The translations under genes and the position numbers were made by a program. From assembly GCA_904063045.1 (NCBI GenBank), contig CAJFCJ010000019.1, positions 1,044,570 through 1,108,569 on the forward strand: a stretch of 64,000 bases of DNA. Reading direction: 5' to 3'. Source of the stretch: Dimorphilus gyrociliatus. Taxonomy: Eukaryota > Animalia > Annelida. Under the pieces are notes generated by a model. The model saw nothing but the letters and a program-made list of their open reading frames with translations. It made no database searches and was not told the DNA's origin. Shown here piece by piece: positions 61,701 through 64,000 of the stretch (its first letter is position 1; each line of letters opens with the position of its first letter).

Positions 61701-63990
61701 ATATATACTTTTATGCCTCTTACTTATCCTTATCCATTTATCTAACTATCAATCCTATTTTATGGCTATCTGTTCATTATTTATTTATTATCTCTATCTC
61801 TTTTTATTTGCATGTTTTTTTTTTTAATTTCAGCTCAATCCTATAATTCCGGCGACGGGACAAAATCACGTCATGAGCCCGGATTCACATTCTCAAACTA
61901 CGGACATATCCAGTACCACTCCCTCGCCATACCACAGCCAGGTATATAATTTTCCCTACCTACTAATCTTCTTGAAGTACATTCGCCGGAAGCGCTGCGT
62001 TGCTTTGTAACAATGGGAAATGAACAAATTGTGCCGTAACCCTCATTTCCCGTTCTTTCTATATTCCAAACTGTCAATGACTTCTTCAAAATGCAACTAG
62101 AAAGAAGGCTTGCGCATGCGCATTTTTTCCATTTCTAGTGGGCGGATAGCAGTGGAACTGAGAGCGAGGCGTCGTCCATTGTCCGTTTTATGTCGGCAAA
62201 GACCGCGTCGATATAACGATTTCTATTCTGCCGCTTGTATGTGTGTATACAGTCAATGCAGAAGAACACACATTGTTAAATGCCTTCTGTATGCACACTT
62301 CTTTTTTTTCGCACGCGTTCCCTTGTATCAATAGCCTCGCGACTCGTGTACGTTGACACCTTTCTATTCTTTTCTCCATCTTTCCCTCCCTCGATAGTCG
62401 TTCTTTTAGAAAAGCAAAATGCATTTAGCTCTACTTATTTATTCCGGTATTGCCCATTTTACCCTTCAACTTTTTTTTTTTTTAATATACAATTAATGGG
62501 AAAATTACTCGCTTCTTGCATATTTTATTAAAGGCGAGCGTCTTTTATTTCTTTTTTTTTATTTATTCCCGCAGACAATGTCACCAAATGTTCCGATATC
62601 GTCTCAAATGCATAGTTCGCCAACTGTACCGTCCAGGTAAGTGTCGAATGATGATGAGTTTATAATGCGTGTCGGTAAAAGATAAGCTAGTTTAACGTCC
62701 AGGCCAACATTATATAGAAATAAATAAAGAGATGTGTACCGACGTTCAAGTGTTTAAAAAGTATTAAAAGTACGCACGCCAGATTGTTTTTGAGATAAAA
62801 AAAAACTGTCGAGATTTATTCATGTAGATATTTTTTTTTTTACCATTTAATATTAAATTTTATAACTCATAAAGATAAATAATTCATTCACATTTTGAAC
62901 AAGAATTTTATGACATATTCATCTAAAAATATTAAGTATATAGCATACTTGTATTTTAACACCGTAGGCTTATAGCTATACTAATTATTGTAATAATAAT
63001 GGGGATTATCTCATTTCTACAGCGCCTCCTATTCTGGGGATTATGGATTTGAGATAAGCTTTCAGCAACAATCAAAAGAAACTAAATCCACCACTTGGAC
63101 GGTAAGTTAATGTATTTGAGATTTTTTTTGGGATTAGGCCTATAAAATATTTTTTCAAAATGCGCTCGTCTCAGCATATTTGCCTACGCGCTAATCGCTA
63201 TTTGAGATATGCCAAGGCAGAGCGTCGCCAACAAAAAAAAAAATGAAAAAAAAATAATTCTAAAAAAAAAATCTGGGTCACATCGATCTCCTTACGCCGT
63301 TATGTAATTAATTTTATACACCGCAAATAATTGACTTTCCGACGTTTCGTCATTGAAAATCGTGTTCCGTCATAACAGTATTCGGAAATGCTACGCAAGT
63401 TGTTCGTGAGGATGGCGACAACTTGTCCTATTCGATTTAAAACGGCAAGAACACCTCCGCCCAATACCGTCATTCGTGCCATGCCAATCTATATGAAGCC
63501 GGAGCATGTGAGAGAGGTCGTCAAGAGATGTCCTAATCACGCTACCACTAAGGAATATAATGAAAATCATCCTGCACCGGAGCACCTTGTAAGGTGTGAA
63601 CATAAATTGGCTAGATACGAAGAACACGATTATACCGGAAGACAGAGTGTAGTACTTCCACACGAACAGCCTCAGCCAGGTGCCGAATGGGTCACCAACT
63701 TATTCCAATTTATGTGTTTTTCCTCGTGTGTGGGTGGTTTGAATCGGCGACCAATTCAAGTGATCTTTACTCTGGAGGACACTCAGGGCAACGTTTTGGG
63801 AAGGCAAGCCGTTGAAGTTCGTATCTGCGCTTGCCCGGGGCGTGACAGAAGGGCGGATGAAAAGGCCACCGAACCAGTAACAGCTCATAAAAGACCCCAC
63901 ACGCCGAGAATGGGAATGAATACTGAAGTATCGACTTCTTTTGGTACTAAAAGGAAGAGAAACTCGGACGACGAAGTGTTCACGTTAACT
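58744..63990 (+). CDS. p53/p63/p73-family transcription factor, partial (continues past the window edge; first exon uncertain)
   Basis: In-frame exons 58744-58928 (TAD motif [12 protein letters not shown]), 59794-59920, 60617-60745 (probable), 61834-61941, 62575-62636, 63023-63101, 63379-63990. DNA-binding domain: [66 protein letters not shown], then NLS KRKR and EVFTLT at donor 63991, where the oligomerisation domain would begin. Confidence 0.95.
61012..61028. repeat. (CCG)5 tract in a GC-rich intronic island
   Basis: ccgccgccgccgccgcc, unusual in this AT-rich DNA. Confidence 0.8.
61373..61530. repeat. (TG)n/(TA)n microsatellite cluster
   Basis: Visible dinucleotide runs in a p53-family intron. 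Confidence 0.8.
62111..62122. promoter_or_regulatory. Perfect NRF-1 consensus palindrome inside a p53-family intron
   Basis: TGCGCATGCGCA, read directly from the sequence. Confidence 0.45.
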
Positions 63991-64000
63991 GTAAGTGTTT

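Noticed and set aside
1-64000. CRISPR arrays, rRNA, spliceosomal snRNAs, transposase or reverse-transcriptase ORFs, terminal inverted repeats
   Set aside because: None recognised by eye; short degenerate transposon relics cannot be excluded without a repeat library.

Overview
Eukaryotic, AT-rich genomic DNA from a gene-dense animal genome. Most introns are GT-AG and 52-80 nt long, so the ORF track fragments nearly every gene and misses several. The TFEYLW transactivation motif of the p53-family gene, a beta-class carbonic anhydrase and a class-1 semaphorin point to an invertebrate, most plausibly a compact-genome lophotrochozoan such as a small annelid (inference, not proven). I reconstructed 17 protein-coding genes by hand, left to right: a PMF1/NNF1-like 5-exon gene (-, absent from the ORF track), Sema-1 (+), GALT (+), TXNL4A/DIM1 (-), DTL/CDT2 (+), EPG5 (-), beta-carbonic anhydrase (+), a Cys/Met-metabolism PLP lyase of methionine gamma-lyase-like type (-), PAM16 (+), ECHDC3 (+), NAT10 (-), MBIP (+), ORC3 (-, 15 exons), TNRC6/GW182 (+), QPCT (-), VHL (-) and a p53/p63/p73-family gene (+, runs off the right edge). 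I recognised no rRNA, tRNA, CRISPR array or transposase. I found no convincing new multi-gene system. The best leads are an ORC3 that appears to stop before its C-terminal winged-helix domain, the cryptic kinetochore-like gene, evidence for alternative promoters and exons in the p53-family gene, an operon-like PAM16-ECHDC3 pair, and two candidate small ORFs.
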